Source: Albugo candida
Lineage: Eukaryota
DNA length: 64,000 nucleotides
Assembly: GCA_040437565.1 (NCBI GenBank)
Contig: JBDOQK010000026.1
Span: 248,001 to 312,000 of the forward strand
Direction: 5' to 3'
Position 1 is the first letter of the stretch. Each line of letters starts with the position of its first letter. The notes below the pieces were generated by a model. It searched no databases. It saw only the letters and a list, made by a program, of their open reading frames with translations, and was not told where the DNA came from. Positions 11,972-25,641 of this stretch are shown piece after piece. Position numbers and translations under genes: made by a program.

Positions 11972-14880
11972 CTGTCATTTATTGATGACTTCTCCACATT
12001 TGTGAACGTATACTTCTTAAAGACCAAAAGTGAGGTGACAACAAAGTTCATCGAGTACAAAGCAGAAATGGAACTACAATGCGGAACGAGAATTAAAGCT
12101 ATACGCACGGACAATGGAGGAGAAATCAAGAAGAAGAGGTTCGAGGAATTTTCCCGGATAAATGGAATCATTTACCAGACAACAGTACCTCACAGCCCGC
12201 AACAAAACGGACTTGCAGAGCGAATGAACAGGACCATCACGAAAAAAGCGAGAAGCATGATGTCCTACAAGAGTGTTGCACAGACGTGGTGGGCTGAAGC
12301 GATAAATACCGCGGCTCACCTTTTCAATCGAACCACAAGCGGCCATTCCATGGATACGACTCCAATCGAAAAGTGTTTCAAGACAAAGCCGCAACTACAT
12401 TACCTACGGGTATTTGGATCGCTCGGATACGCTCACGTTAACGAAACTAAGCGCACGAAGTTTGACGCGAAGAGCTTCCGTTGCATGTTACTGGGATATG
12501 CTACAAATACAAAAGGCTTTAAAGTTTACGATCTGGAGACACACACGGTTCAGACAAGCAGAACGATTACACTTGACGAACGCGAAATTGACAGTATCTA
12601 CGAGGGGAACGTGTCAAATAATACAGTGAATGATACCACAGCAATTCCTTACAGAGATGATGCGGACGATGATTTGCATTATGGAATGCATAATAGTAGA
12701 AACGGAGATTTAAAAACGAAAGACGAACAGATGAGTGACATTGGACCCGGAGATGAAAGTGCAAATCCCTGGCCAGGTTGTCACGAATCTCATACAAATC
12801 AGTCACAACAGCTTATGCACCAGCCTCGACCAATTCAAGGTGGGTTTTGCCAGCAAGAAGGAGCCCTTAGTCAACCAACGGGTAGACAGATGATCATTCA
12901 ACAAGACATAACTCGAAGACCCGATATGGAACGGAACCGACGTCTTCTTACCGACAAAACCAGCGGGAGAGAAGAATACGATATTGCACAAACTGAACAC
13001 CAGTCCATAATGATGATTGAGGCTGATAGTGCTGACAGCTATATTAATAACAGCATCGTCGTGTACAATAACAATGTTCAGACAAGTGATAGAGATGATA
13101 ACGAGCCTCCATCAAAGAGATCTAGATTGGATAGCGACACGAAGTTGATGGTAGAAGTCGCAATGGTTACACAAAACATCCCACGATCGTACGAAGATGG
13201 AGCCACCGGAGATGAAAAGGACCAGTGGGCTAAAGCAATCAAAAACGAAATCGTTGCACACAAGCGCAACAACACACGGTCAATTGTGCAACGAACACCA
13301 GGAATGAAGACCATTGGAACTAAGTGGGTCTAGGTCAAGTAGTAAACAGGCCCGACACTGCGCTACGAAGCGAGATTGGTTGCGCTGGGATTTTTACAAC
13401 ATCACGAAGTCGATTTATTCGAGACATATGCTGCTGGCGCGAGCATTAACTCGATTAAAATACTCCTATCAGCGTGCTGTGCAATTGGATACATCATTGA
13501 ACAAATGGATGTGGACACAGCGTATTTGAACGCAGAAATTCAAGAAGAAGTCTACGTGGAAATACCAAAGAGAGTTAACATTGGCAAAGAATATGTTTTG
13601 AAGCTGAAACGTGCTTTATATGGACTAAAGCAATCCGCACATGAGTGGAACTCAACCATTTACAGTGCATTGATAAAAATGGAATTTGAAGCATGTGGTG
13701 CTGATCGATGCGTCTACAAGAAGAAGGATCGTGACGGATGGATTTACTTGTTTCTTTACGTGGATGATAAGATCGTAGCGGCTAAATCAAGCGATACCGT
13801 GAGCAAAGTGAAAATTCAAATTTCACAACGATTTTAAAGTAAAGACCTGGGCCAGTAAAATACCTCCTGCGTATGGAGATAAGTTACGACCAAGAGAAGC
13901 GAGCCATGTCGATAACACAGAAGAAATATTTGGGAACGACCGCAGAAATATTCAAACAGAATCATAATCGTACTGTAGAGAATCCATGTGATCCAGGCAC
14001 TAGACTTTCAAACAAGGACAGTCCGACGAAGAAAGAAGAAAAAGAACTCATGAACCGCACCCTATCGCCAACTTATTGGGCGGTTACTGTATGTTGCAGC
14101 GTGCACACGGCCGGATGTGGCATTCGCTGTGAGTCAACTTGGCCGTTTTGCATCTGACCCTGGATCGAAGCATTGGAAAGCATCTATCAAAGTGTTAAGA
14201 TACTTAAAATCGACATCGACATTCGGAATACACTACACCTTCAATAGGACTCCAAACCAATTGTCTGCATACTGTGATGCAGATTGGGGAAACAACTTGG
14301 ATGACCGCAGGTCTGCGAGTGGTGTATCAAAACTACTGAATGGGGGACCAGTTACATTCAAGTCGAAGTACCAACGTACAGTGGCTTTGAGTACATCAGA
14401 AGTTGAGTACATGGCAATGAGCATGTGTACACAGGACGTACTGTGGGCAAGAGAAATGCTTTTCTACCTGGGGTTTGAACAGAAGAATCCAACAAGTTTT
14501 TGGGATGATGACCATGGAGCTATCGCACTTGACACGAATCCAGAATATCACGCACGAACGAAGCATGTGGATATCTGCTATCACTTTATCCGTGAGAAGA
14601 TAACGACAGGGTTGATAAAAGTGATGTACAAGGAAACGAAGTACCAACTAGCGGACATTCTGACGAAAGCACCGGAAACAAAACGAATACATTTCATTCG
14701 TGATGCAATGGGTATCAAGACAGCGGGCAACTACGTTGAGTGGGAGTGTTGAAACGTACACTGTAGTTGAAGCACCGAGTGTGCAATACACACGACATGC
14801 GAAACGACGACTATGAGGTATGACACATAATTCGAGAGGTCGTGATTAGTGGCCCGTAGGAGACTGTTAAACTTGATAAT
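11972..14880 (+). mobile_element. Ty1/copia LTR retrotransposon (integrase-RT-RNase H, disrupted), with PPT and start of the 3' LTR
   Basis: IRTDNGGE, PHSPQQNGLAERMNRT, WAEAINTA, LRVFGS, QMDVDTAYLN, LKRALYGLKQS, LYVDD, YCDADWG, HARTKHVD, QLADILTK. Stop at 13331-13333 and frameshifts. Purine tract gagtgggag is followed by TGTTG at 14747. Confidence 0.95.
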
Positions 14881-14882
14881 AC

Positions 14883-16520
14883 ACCTCCCCTTTAAAACCG
14901 AAAACTGACAAAAATGTCAAGGTCAATTTGAAACACGCCGTTTAGTCCGATATTTGCGAGCAGCGTATTCTGCCTGCCGTCCACTCAACCCCTTGCGATA
15001 CACATTCATGTATCGCTAGGTATTTCTTGCATATCGCCAAATTTGGTTTAATGGGGCGGAGGAAGTGCTCTTTGGACTATATTACGCAATCCAACCCACG
15101 TATAATCGCAGTTCGTCAGTGCAAAATTCTTTGCAGCTTACCAGAGTGAAATTTGGGGTAGAAGATCGCCAGGTGTCCTGCCGCAAGGATCATCACCTCC
15201 AACATGCCTGTGAAACAAAGCCCGGTTGTCTTGCTATGAAATTTCCTACAACCTTCCATTTGTTCTGAAAGCTATGCATGAGACATGCCCAACACAGGCC
15301 TCGTTTCTGCAGAAATGTTTTGATACCCTTCGGTTGTCCGCGGCAAGCAAGATTTGGGTGATCTTTTGGAAAAATCATGCTCTGAAAAATTCCTTCACCG
15401 CAGGTGGTGTTTCGCATCAGAGGGAATTTGCCACCAGGACCCAAGTATATCGGTTTGCGCGAAGGGAGTCAGGGTAAATGCGTAGTGCCCAGTTGCATTG
15501 TCATACGCAAACAAGGCTTGCTTGCTTCGGTAAGTCTTCAGCTTCCCATCAACCATCATGTTGGGTTTCCGGATGCATAATCACACAAGAGGAAAGGCTG
15601 GGCTTATGCATTTTTTTCATCGTCCAGTGCTAAGCGACCTCCCACATCGCTAAGAAAGTCGCTGACATGAATTGAGCGTCCTTGCCCTTTCTTGCAGCAA
15701 TGGCTTCTCACCAGTATGCAACTATAAGCGTTTCAAGCGGTCATGGGAGGCAAGGTGCTCTCGTCATGTGTCACCAAATCAAAGGGCGCAGCCCTTCCAC
15801 CGGCCACGAAACACGAACGTCCTCATCATTTCCATCCAAGCCCTCCAGTACCAATAAATGTGCTCCATACTTACGCCTTTGTTACAAATACATTTGACTA
15901 TAAGCAATCACATCTTCTCTCTCATTGCCATCGATATAGATGTGGTTTTGAACTTTACCTTTCGAGATATCCAGGAAATGTAGTCAGCGCATCGTAGTCC
16001 GTTCTAAAATTGTCGGTGATGTTGCACTCTCAAGGCGGGAGAGAATCTTATAACTATGTGGGCTGTTAATTTATTAATTTAGTATTGAAATTGCTCTTCC
16101 AAAGATATTGCTGCAAGGCAATATACAGTCTTCGTCTTGTAAAAAGTTCCGGCGCTTCGCATGCCCGCCTTGGCGAGACAAAGGCCGTTTGCCATCCTTT
16201 AGGAACATTTGCGCCAAAGCGTGTACACAACGTGTGTGCCAAATTCTTTTGCCGGCACCCCAAGCGATCAGCTTATTTGCTTCGAGTCAACACCCTAAAC
16301 CCTAACCGACTTGCGCAGACGCAAGTAATACAAAAGAGCAACCCTAAGATTTACTAGTGCTATTGTTTGCTGGAGAGTCTGGTTTCCCAATGCCACCAGT
16401 TGCCCAATGGCAGCGTCCACAACTATCTCTGACCACTGCCGTCATCAGAGCTACCAGGCACGACCAAAGAACGTTCCTTCATCTTTCGACGCTTATTTTC
16501 ACATTCAGTTTGGACCTAGC
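14883..16520 (-). mobile_element. Decayed DDE DNA transposon of the IS630/Tc1/mariner-like type
   Basis: Minus-strand remnants LFAYDNATGH, GPGGKFPLMRNT...HPNLACRGQPKGIKTFLQKRGL, IFYPKFH, CDYTWVGL and RYMNVYRKGLSGRQAEYAARKYRTKRR. These recall the xPKFHCELN-type transposases of fungi and oomycetes. Confidence 0.7.
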
Positions 16521-16944
16521 CTTCATTGTTTGATTGAGTTAAGTAGGACGCGGCATTGGAAAGTATAGGGCAGGGAAGAACAGAAGCTCGGATGCGGNNN
16601 NNNNNNNNNNNNNNNNNNNNNNNNNNNNNNNNNNNNNNNNNNNNNNNNNNNNNNNNNNNNNNNNNNNNNNNNNNNNNNNNNNNNNNNNNNNNNNNNNGAT
16701 TGAGTTAAGTAGGACGCGGCATTGGAAAGTATAGGGCAGGGAAGAACAGAAGCTCGGATGCGGCGGCAAGTTTCGGTATGGATTTGGTACGCACAAGTAA
16801 TGAGACCCCTATTTGAATGAATTGGTCCACACTCGTGATGGAACCCCTCTATATTAATGGATTGGTCTACACAGGCAGTGAATCCTTTATATAATAATGA
16901 ATTTGTAGAAGTTGGCCACCCCACTCACCTTTTATGGTTATAAG

Positions 16945-17390
16945 TGTCGTCCACCGTACTTGCAATTGTTGATAGTGTAGACCACATTGGACAGTAAAAG
17001 CCATGCTAAAGATCCTAATATTACATTTACTGTACTTAGCAATCAAAAATCCATTTTATTCGAACGTCGTGCTCCGAAGTATCTCCTCTACAAGCTCCTT
17101 CATCAACAGCAATTACCACTTACCACTGAATTACAGGAAACATTTTTATTCATTACGAATCCTAGAGTATATGTTGACAAGCGATGTATATTCGCTAAGT
17201 TTGAAATATAGCGAGCATTCAATCGGGAGACATAATCACGGCGGGGATAGTATGTCAAGTACAAAGACGGTAAATACCCGGTCAGAGCATGTGAAGAGAA
17301 TCTTCTCTAGCAAATAAGTACGGATAATATCTTCATTTAAGTATTTGCCACCCAATCAAGTAGCTTATCTTTCTTCTCCGGGAAACGACA
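16945..17390 (+). mobile_element. 5' LTR (446 bp) of a copia-type element
   Basis: Terminal inverted repeat TGTCGT...ACGACA, immediately followed by the PBS GGTTATGAGCCC and a gag-like ATG at 17409. Confidence 0.8.
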
Positions 17391-17402
17391 GGTTATGAGC
17401 CC
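17391..17402 (+). promoter_or_regulatory. Primer-binding site complementary to the initiator tRNA-Met anticodon arm (Ty5/copia half-tRNA type)
   Basis: GGTTATGAGCCC directly after the LTR-terminal CA. Confidence 0.8.
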
Positions 17403-17408
17403 AAACCA

Positions 17409-17788
17409 ATGGATCAAGCTGCTCCGAATCAATCCCAAGCACCGCGCACGTCCCAAGCCGACGAAGACGGAGCCATTGAAGGATCCGGCACAAGTGAGGC
17501 TGTTACCAGGCTGCTAAAATTGATGAAGGAGATGAAGGGGAACATCGGACCTCACCTTAATAGGATAGAAGCCCGACAAGGTGAGGGTGATCAAGCTATG
17601 GTCGTGTCTGGAGGTAGCGGCACCGCTTCCCCGCTTAAGCGGATGCGTGCACTGGAGTCGGCCGTAGCATGACGCTGACCTCTCTTGGAAACGAAGTCAC
17701 GTCAATTCCAGCGCAACAGCATGGTTGGGAATGAACGCACAGCCACCGCCACAAGAAGCTGCATACAGACAGGCAGTAGCGTCGGTAA
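17409..17788 (+). pseudogene. Truncated gag N-terminus of the LTR element, cut off at a SINE
   Basis: The ORF MDQAAPNQ... starts 6 bp after the PBS and has a premature stop at 17672. A SINE follows at ~17789. Confidence 0.55.
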
Positions 17789-18035
17789 GGGTTCCGCCCT
17801 AGCTCAGTCGGTTTAGCACGCGGATCCCCTGCCGGAGGTCAGTAGTTCTATCCCCGGCAGTGTGGACAGCGGTTTGAGCCCACCCAAGCAATAAGCTTGG
17901 AAAATATCTGCCTCCCTAGGTTTGAAGTCAGACTTGAGTGATATACACACGGTCAGGGACTCATGATAGGATAAGGAAGGTAGTTAAAAAACCAGATAAA
18001 CAGTGTAAAGAAATCCTTGAAAAAAAACAAAACAA
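17789..18035 (+). mobile_element. tRNA-derived SINE, copy 1
   Basis: A-box TAGCTCAGTCGGT, degenerate B-box GTTCTATCCCC, a body closely matching 38593-38835 and an A-rich tail. Confidence 0.8.
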
Positions 18036-18049
18036 GAGCAGCAGTCAAT

Positions 18050-20390
18050 ATAATTTGCTGGTGTGGATTCATTGACAAGTGGTGCCTTTCCAACCGTTTG
18101 ATCAGCTCAGAAAAAATCAGATACCTCTTGCTGAGATGCCACTGGACGAGGCCGTTGCAACCACCAGAGTTTGTTGAAGTGAGACATTTCTAAATGGGAA
18201 TTGTTCCTTGAAATTGTCCGTAAATCGTGCTTGCAAGGAAACCCCATTGTTTCGCATACTGCTGGTGGACCTGAACGAAACAGACCAACAAACACGGTTA
18301 ATTCCATCAGTAGTCATAGCATCCTCAAAAGTAAAATGATTGATAATCTACTTTTCGCAAAGAGGACTTAGACACCTTCCGCACGACGTTTTCCCAGAAT
18401 GGTGATGCGCAATCGTATCGGTTGGGCACACCATTTAAGGCAACGCGTCTGCTAATTTCTCTCCGTTGCGCCTCCCCAGCTAAAACCAGTTTCCCGTAAA
18501 CTATATGAATATCGGAGGTGGATACAGTGATTCATTGTTTTAAGTAGCTGTGACTTCCTTCAATCCTGGATGTGACATTGTGACCAAATGGATGTTGCAT
18601 CTTGTCCACGCCACAATAAAACGCTCTCGGTGTGGCAGCCAAGTAGACTGCACATATCGCGAGCCCGGCTACAGGAACGCTTTCTTCTATTGTTCTCCAA
18701 GCAGATGCATACTCATCTTCTGTTTTTGCTGAGTATAAGTGTGTCCACTTCTGGAAAAACTCATCGTGTTCCTCTTTTGTACAGAAATTACCTTTTATCT
18801 TCGCCAGAATGTTCTTGTTTATATGAAATAGGCATACATTTTATCCAGCTTGGGGAGAATGCGGCGCACAGTTGTCATCGATGAGAGTTCACGACCAAGT
18901 ATAACAGTAACACGCTGCAAACGGAGTGACAGTTTCAATACCTATATCTCCCTGACTGGATACTAAAATCAACAGTAGTAACTCACAGAAGTGAAGAGTG
19001 ACTCAAACACATGCCTGAATACCTCTGAAGCCAATGCCTGATCATTTTCGCACTTTTCTGGTAGAAAGCAAAAGGAAAGTGAAATCGCCTGATTTGTGGG
19101 AGTAACGCCAACAATGTGCAATAACGGAATTTTTTATTTAATTGAGAAATATGGAATAGAAATCTGACTTGATATTGAATGGTAGGCAGTCCACACTAGT
19201 AGNNNNNNNNNNNNNNNNNNNNNNNNNNNNNNNNNNNNNNNNNNNNNNNNNNNNNNNNNNNNNNNNNNNNNNNNNNNNNNNNNNNNNNNNNNNNNNNNNN
19301 NNTTTAATTGAGAAATATGGAATAGAAATCTGACTTGATATTGAATGGTAGGCAGTCCACACTAGTAGAAATCTGACTTGAAATTGAACGCGGCACAATG
19401 CCCAATTACCTGTTGGTCTTGTAAGTAGAATCCTTCACAAAGATTGAATTAAATGTGAATTCTTTTGCCACAGATACACCAGATTTGGGTGCAATAAACA
19501 AGCGACGTAAACGTCCTGCGTAGTCACAGTTTGCCTTGTGATGAACATTCTCTTGATCAAAAATGTCCAAAAGAGTCCTAATTGGGCGACGGCCGTCCAA
19601 AGCATTGGTACGCCCTCAAGTGAAAGATAGTCAGCGCAGTGTTCATTGTCCAACATATTCGTTGTCGCTGACAATTGTGGTGTACCAGCTTTTTGTCTAG
19701 TATTATACACGTCCTTCCCAACCGCCGGGCAATCTTGCTCTTCTTGTCGCATACTAGCCAGTATTACCCTTGGTGTTGCTCCTTCCCGTGACATGTCAGT
19801 TATTGATTGCTGCTGTGCTGCACTAAGAGTTCGGTGAACTGGTCACGCGGATAGGTGATCTGTTGCACCGTGGCTTTGATAGGTAGGTTGAACTACATCC
19901 AGGTGCCACACTGCACTTTGCAGATCTCCAAGTATCACTATGGTTGCTTCCCATAGTCAACCTGTACGTATGAAAGATGTTTTTGGCAGGCCTTGACCAT
20001 TCCTCTTATAGGGTCTTCCGTGTGCACACATGAGCAAAACTTTTCTGACCTTATTTCCTGGTTTGATTTTATGGGAGCGCATACACGCCGTGGCATAGCC
20101 CTAATTTTTTAGCAAACTCCTGCACACAAACTTCGGCCATTTCCAAGGAGGCATACTACGCTGCAGGTAGTGCTTCGAGTGGCATAGAAGGTATGCAAAA
20201 CAGAGTTAAGAACAGAGGTGAAAAAAGAGGTGAGCTCAGAGGGGATAATTACTGTTTACACTCTCGAACAGATTCTTAACAGGAGGAAACTACGCGTCCG
20301 AACAGTTTTGCGACGCGAGTAAGTTTTTTTACAGGCTTTTGGTTGGTTATGGATCAAGGGGGTACAATTAGCAAAGGGGGTTTGTGTACA
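18050..20390 (-). mobile_element. Decayed Mutator-like (MULE) transposase relic
   Basis: Minus strand: FAR1-like N-terminus (QEFAK..GYA..VRKVLLMC), FVKDSTYKTNR, PLLHIVGVTP and the SWIM finger CETMGFPCKH. Many frameshifts. Confidence 0.8.
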
Positions 20391-20425
20391 TATAGAAGTG
20401 GCCTAAGGATAATGTACTCAGTTCG

Positions 20426-20486
20426 GTATTTGCCCCCAATCAAGTAGATTATCGTTCCTCTGGGTATAAGGACAGTATATGCACCC
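20426..20486 (+). repeat. Fragment homologous to the 3' end plus PBS of the LTR at 16945-17390
   Basis: gtatttgcccccaatcaagtagattatc...gaca gtatatgcaccca versus gtatttgccacccaatcaagtagcttatc...gaca ggttatgagccca. Confidence 0.6.
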
Positions 20487-20499
20487 ACTCGTGTATTAC

Positions 20500-23118
20500 T
20501 ATAGTGCAGATACTTTTGCATGCTTTCATACAGGGGGATAATATACTAGGACGCGCCTAGCTTTTTGGGTTACGAAAACGTTTCTGCAGACTTGCCAGGA
20601 GAAACAGTTGACGTTAAATGGCAGAAATACTTCTTCTGAAANNNNNNNNNNNNNNNNNNNNNNNNNNNNNNNNNNNNNNNNNNNNNNNNNNNNNNNNNNN
20701 NNNNNNNNNNNNNNNNNNNNNNNNNNNNNNNNNNNNNNNNNTTTTGCATGCTTTCATACAGGGGGATAATATACTAGGACGCGCCTAGCTTTTTGGGTTA
20801 CGAAAACGTTTCTGCAGACTTGCCAGGAGAAACAGTTGACGTTAAATGGCAGAAATACTTCTTCTGAAAGAAAGAAGCTCTTTGATGTGGCAAGCTGGTA
20901 TCTGGAAATGAATTTCATCACATTTCTGATCGGATCAAGTGCTACTGGAAATTTGCGCAGTGCACTGAATTGCTATCTCCATCCCTGAGTATAGCAAAGG
21001 GATGAAACGATTGATGGGATTAATGGAGAGAGCGTAGTCTCAGCGCGTGAGCAAATCAGCCGACGATTGACCAGGAGTTTAATATTTCGTAACAATTCTA
21101 GCGCATGCTATCAAGCTTGAAAACTTCGACCCTAAAAAGTCTTCTGTGTGCAGCGCTAGTAATGCTCATCGGTGAACCATTATAGCCGGACAAGAAGCGT
21201 GTGCTATTGTGGAGGATTATCGAATATCGGATTACGAACTGCATTACTTAGAGGGACTTACACTTTACACGAACCATAGAAATCTTTGATATATCCATAA
21301 TCCAGGAATTGTCGTCCCGGCGGTCCCAAATTACACAGCTGAGAGATTACAGCGATGGGCCATGATATTGATAGGATATGATATCGCATACGGCATATTC
21401 CAGATTGAAAGAATGTGTGGACAGACCTACAATCGAGAAAGTGGTCGCCTCTAGCAACGATATGTGCTTTTGTGATAGCCAAACATGTTGCCTTTTCTCT
21501 TGTAAATGCAGCTATTGAGTGGCGTGGGAAAAAATACATACAAATGAAACAGAAAGTATAAATATCTTAAGATCCAGCATGGAATCGAGATTGCATCATG
21601 GACACTAGCGGCTTATGGGAAATTGCGAGAGTCCGGTAATTATTCCTTGACAGATCCCATACTCGAGATATGATTGTGTGGGGCAGCACATTTTTATATT
21701 CAAGGACAGAGAGGATTAAAGGGAACGCTAGAGCCCCTGGAACGTTTATTTTANNNNNNNNNNNNNNNNNNNNNNNNNNNNNNNNNNNNNNNNNNNNNNN
21801 NNNNNNNNNNNNNNNNNNNNNNNNNNNNNNNNNNNNNNNNNNNNNNNNNNNNNCCTTGACAGATCCCATACTCGAGATATGATTGTGTGGGGCAGCACAT
21901 TTTTATATTCAAGGACAGAGAGGATTAAAGGGAACGCTAGAGCCCCTGTAAGGTTTCTTTTACTGGGCGTATATGGAAAAAAATGAAGCGAAATGTAGTG
22001 CAAATGTCAGCTTTGTGCGAGTAACACTAGTGCACTGGCTATCCATACGATATACCGCTAGGAGAATCATGGCATGCGAGAACTCCCAATCAGCTTAATC
22101 CGTTCGATTATGATTGCATGGGATAGAGTGAATGTGGTAATAAGTATATCTTAGTGATCAGAGACGATGCATCCAAACTTGTTTTTGGATTATCTCCTAC
22201 AAGCATGCAAATTCTACCATGCTAGCTGACGCGCTGTTGCCAGGGTTCGCTAGTTTTTGATTTTTCCATAATTGGGTTTCGGACCAAGGCAACTATTTCC
22301 GCGGTGCTGGTGCGAGTGATTATTCTACAACGACATGTCTCTCAAGGCAATTGCCGGTGACGCAATTGGGTCGGGTGATTCCGATTATTCAGATGATTTT
22401 AAATCAATGACCGTCGCCGCTGATCCACGGATTAGCACCTGTCACTGCAAGACGGAACTAAGGATCTGAATCCTGTCGATAGTTTAGCAGCGTAAAAAAG
22501 ATTGAATCTTTAATCTATATGATGCTTACCTCCACTAATGAGGATCTGCGCAAACACGGGGAGCAAATGCAAATGTCTATCGAACAAATGTACCGAAGGT
22601 TGCACGATGCTAAGAAATTCGATCTTATAAAAGAAAATATAAAGATGCACTCAATATCACAATTGTGGCAAATTCTGTGATTGAGAATTATCCCCTTCAT
22701 GCGACGTTTGGACGCACTCAAGCAATAAACTTATGACGCGATGAAATGAACCGAGGAAATCTATACACACAATCTCGCAATAGGATTATTCCATTTAAGA
22801 ATTTCATCACGCATGATAACGTGAATTCTTTGCATCGTAATTTACGGGGACAAAGATTTTCAAATGACGGGTGCCTATAATAGCGAAGGAAACCCTCAAT
22901 TATGCTATCAAAAATCATCACTACAATCTTGACACACACCGGGTGAAATTTTGTTTTGTGGTGGGGCTGGGCTCAGCTGGAGCCTCGTGGAATCCAGCCG
23001 GGCCAATATGCTTCAGCGGATATCCTCTACATTGAAAAGTGCTCCTAGACGAATGCATCCAGGTTTTGATCGACTGGTATCGTACTATCGTCGTCGTGGG
23101 AGCTCCTGGTGGGGGAAG
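20500..23118 (+). mobile_element. Decayed gypsy/chromovirus pol relic (RNase H, integrase, chromodomain traces, PPT)
   Basis: WVSDQGNYF at ~22273, a chromodomain-like tail at ~22950-23020, and purine tract gggggaag followed by TGTTG at 23119. Confidence 0.6.
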
Positions 23119-25641
23119 TGTTGGTACTTGTACTCGTAGTCATTGATGTTACAGAAGGTGGTAATAGCAGTGGCTAAGATAACTTCGCAGATTGAACAGA
23201 TTGTGACTCGGGAATTACTACTTTCCATCAAATCAGAAAGCGATTAGTCCCAGAGTACCTATATGGTCAAACCTATAGAACTTCGTCAAAAGACAGCAAG
23301 AAATGTCGAAGTATGGAGAATCTAGAAGAAGTCAAAATTCGAAACTTACTACACTACGTCTGACATGCTGACATCGAAGTGTTCTTCGGGGACGATATCC
23401 GGTCCTGAGTTCGCTTTTTTCATATTTAGGGATGCCTTTTGTAAACTCTCGCCGCCGCGATTTGTTGCAAGGATGGTAAGGTTCAAGATAGGCATAGTTG
23501 CTCATGCTTAGTATGCTGAGTAAGAGAACACTGTTCGTTTCCTGCCTCTAAACACTGAAACCTACAACCAACGGCTCTCCCGTGTATACGCAAGAACTTT
23601 CAAGCCACCAATATTCGCCAAACCATCGATCGCCATCACGTTTCAGTTGCTACGTATCCCTTATTATCTTAATGGTACGCATCTTACACTTCCAGTATCG
23701 TCACAGATGCATTCGGATATCATCTGTCCAGTACCTGTCTTGTCGCTGTCGATATCGATCAGAGATAATCATCTATACCGGCAATTTTCTAAAGAAAAGA
23801 CGCGGATTCTGAAGAAATTCAGAGTTTGTATCAAGAATGGCAGAGTCTTCTAAAAGGAAGTTTAAGGGAGCAATTGACTCCATGGGAGTACGGCACTGGT
23901 GTCGGCGTTTTAGCTTTTCTTATGTCCTTGTACAGTTTCAGTGTCATGTAATTCTGAACAACCTGGTAAGGACTTCCATATCATGAATTCATATAGCGTG
24001 TGAGGGACGAAGTGCCAAGGATGCAATGCCTGAATGCTCGTATATCCTTACATTACGTGGCAATGCATAAGCACTCTTTGTCAAAAAAAAGCGACTTGCT
24101 GCTTCACAGGCTTTGTTTTGCGATCGCTAAAGTTTCGAGACAAAATATCATTCATCTCCTGCTCGGAGTCAAGCGCTCTGTTTCTCGGGTAGGCCGATGC
24201 ATCAGTAGCGGTATCATGTGTTTCAAATTTACTTCTTTGCTTTTGTCTTCTTACTAAAAGGTCCAGCTCGATCAGGCTCTTTTGTCTCTTTGTCATACCA
24301 GACGCGAGTCTCGATAGGGACTACATCAAGCTCCACGCATCAAGAAAAATTCTCGTAGCCATCTAGTACTTGGCCTAAAGTCTAAGACAAAAGCAGATTG
24401 TCAAGCCAGCAAGACAGCTATGTACTTTAGCGGTTTGAGTGGTCGCAGATTTTTCCATTACTTTCGACAAGTGCAAATTACGCGGCATGTGCTACACACA
24501 ATCGAGTTGACATTCTAATCCGAGGCACTTCAATGCAAGTTTGAGGATCCCGCCCTGAATCTCGTTTCCAAAGCACATCGTGATTGGATCACACTGGAAG
24601 GATTCGACTATTTCCACATATGGTACTATCATCGATCAAGGGTCATGGATCTAGTACACTTTTTTGAATCGTGACGCCTGATTTCCGTGTCCCTTAATTG
24701 CTATCTGGGATCGATATGTTGATAGAAGTGTGACGTTTTGTTAGATACTTTCATTAATGTAACCGAATGCCTTGAGTTTGTATTCAAGTGTATATGGGCA
24801 AGATTTCAAATAATAAATCAGATAATCGGATGAAAAAAAAGTGAAATAGAGCTCTCGGGCGATCATTGAAGATTCCTACCTAAGGATACAAAGGCAAGAC
24901 TTCAAGGACCACGTGGGCACACATGAGCGCTTACGCAATGGCATCGATTCTATGCGGAGATTTCAGGATGTACCTGACTGGTTAACCGTCTCGTAGTCAA
25001 AGGTGTTATATCATGGAACGACCCATTTTTGATACAGTTATCCGGTGTTCTGCAATGAGGGCTTATTAGCGGTTCTTCCTGGTGAATCTAGCAGTCTCCG
25101 CTAGTTGTGCGCCCACACATCAGAGATATGCTGAATCACTCCTTTTGAACCACTAGGGAGTGCTGCGACGGACAGATCATCTCAAGCCTATAATTGAAGG
25201 CAGAGAGGTATCGTGTCCATTGATAGGCGGCACGGGAAGGCTATTTGATCAATACAGCAGTATTCTTGGACATGGCTATAAATAGGATGAAGCACCGCAT
25301 CATCGGAAGCGAGTTTAATGGATCAAGTCCAACATCTTGTGACCTTGATGCAGATACAGAGTAGGTATTGATACATGCGAGGTTATGCTTGGTACGTTGT
25401 TGCGTTTTGGATGTTAACGGCAAAGCTGTACTCGACAGGGAATGCGGACTTTGTATGATGCGAATATTAAAGTCATCTCTCTGGTAAGCAGATGTTCGAG
25501 TTAAAAGCACATGGTGGTCTCTATGCAGACCGACTCAGAAGCCAAGGATGTCGAAAAAATTTTTCTTTCACTTTAGCCATTTGCGGAATTGATTTGTCCT
25601 GTATAGTTGAGCTCTCCTGCTTCATTTAAACTTTTGTCAAT

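Noticed and set aside
16289-16307. Telomere-like aaccctaaaccctaacc
   Set aside because: Only about two units, inside a transposon relic.
17799-17870. tRNA gene (also at 38600-38670)
   Set aside because: A/B boxes are present, but no convincing cloverleaf or acceptor stem. Both continue into a shared non-tRNA body, so they are SINE heads.
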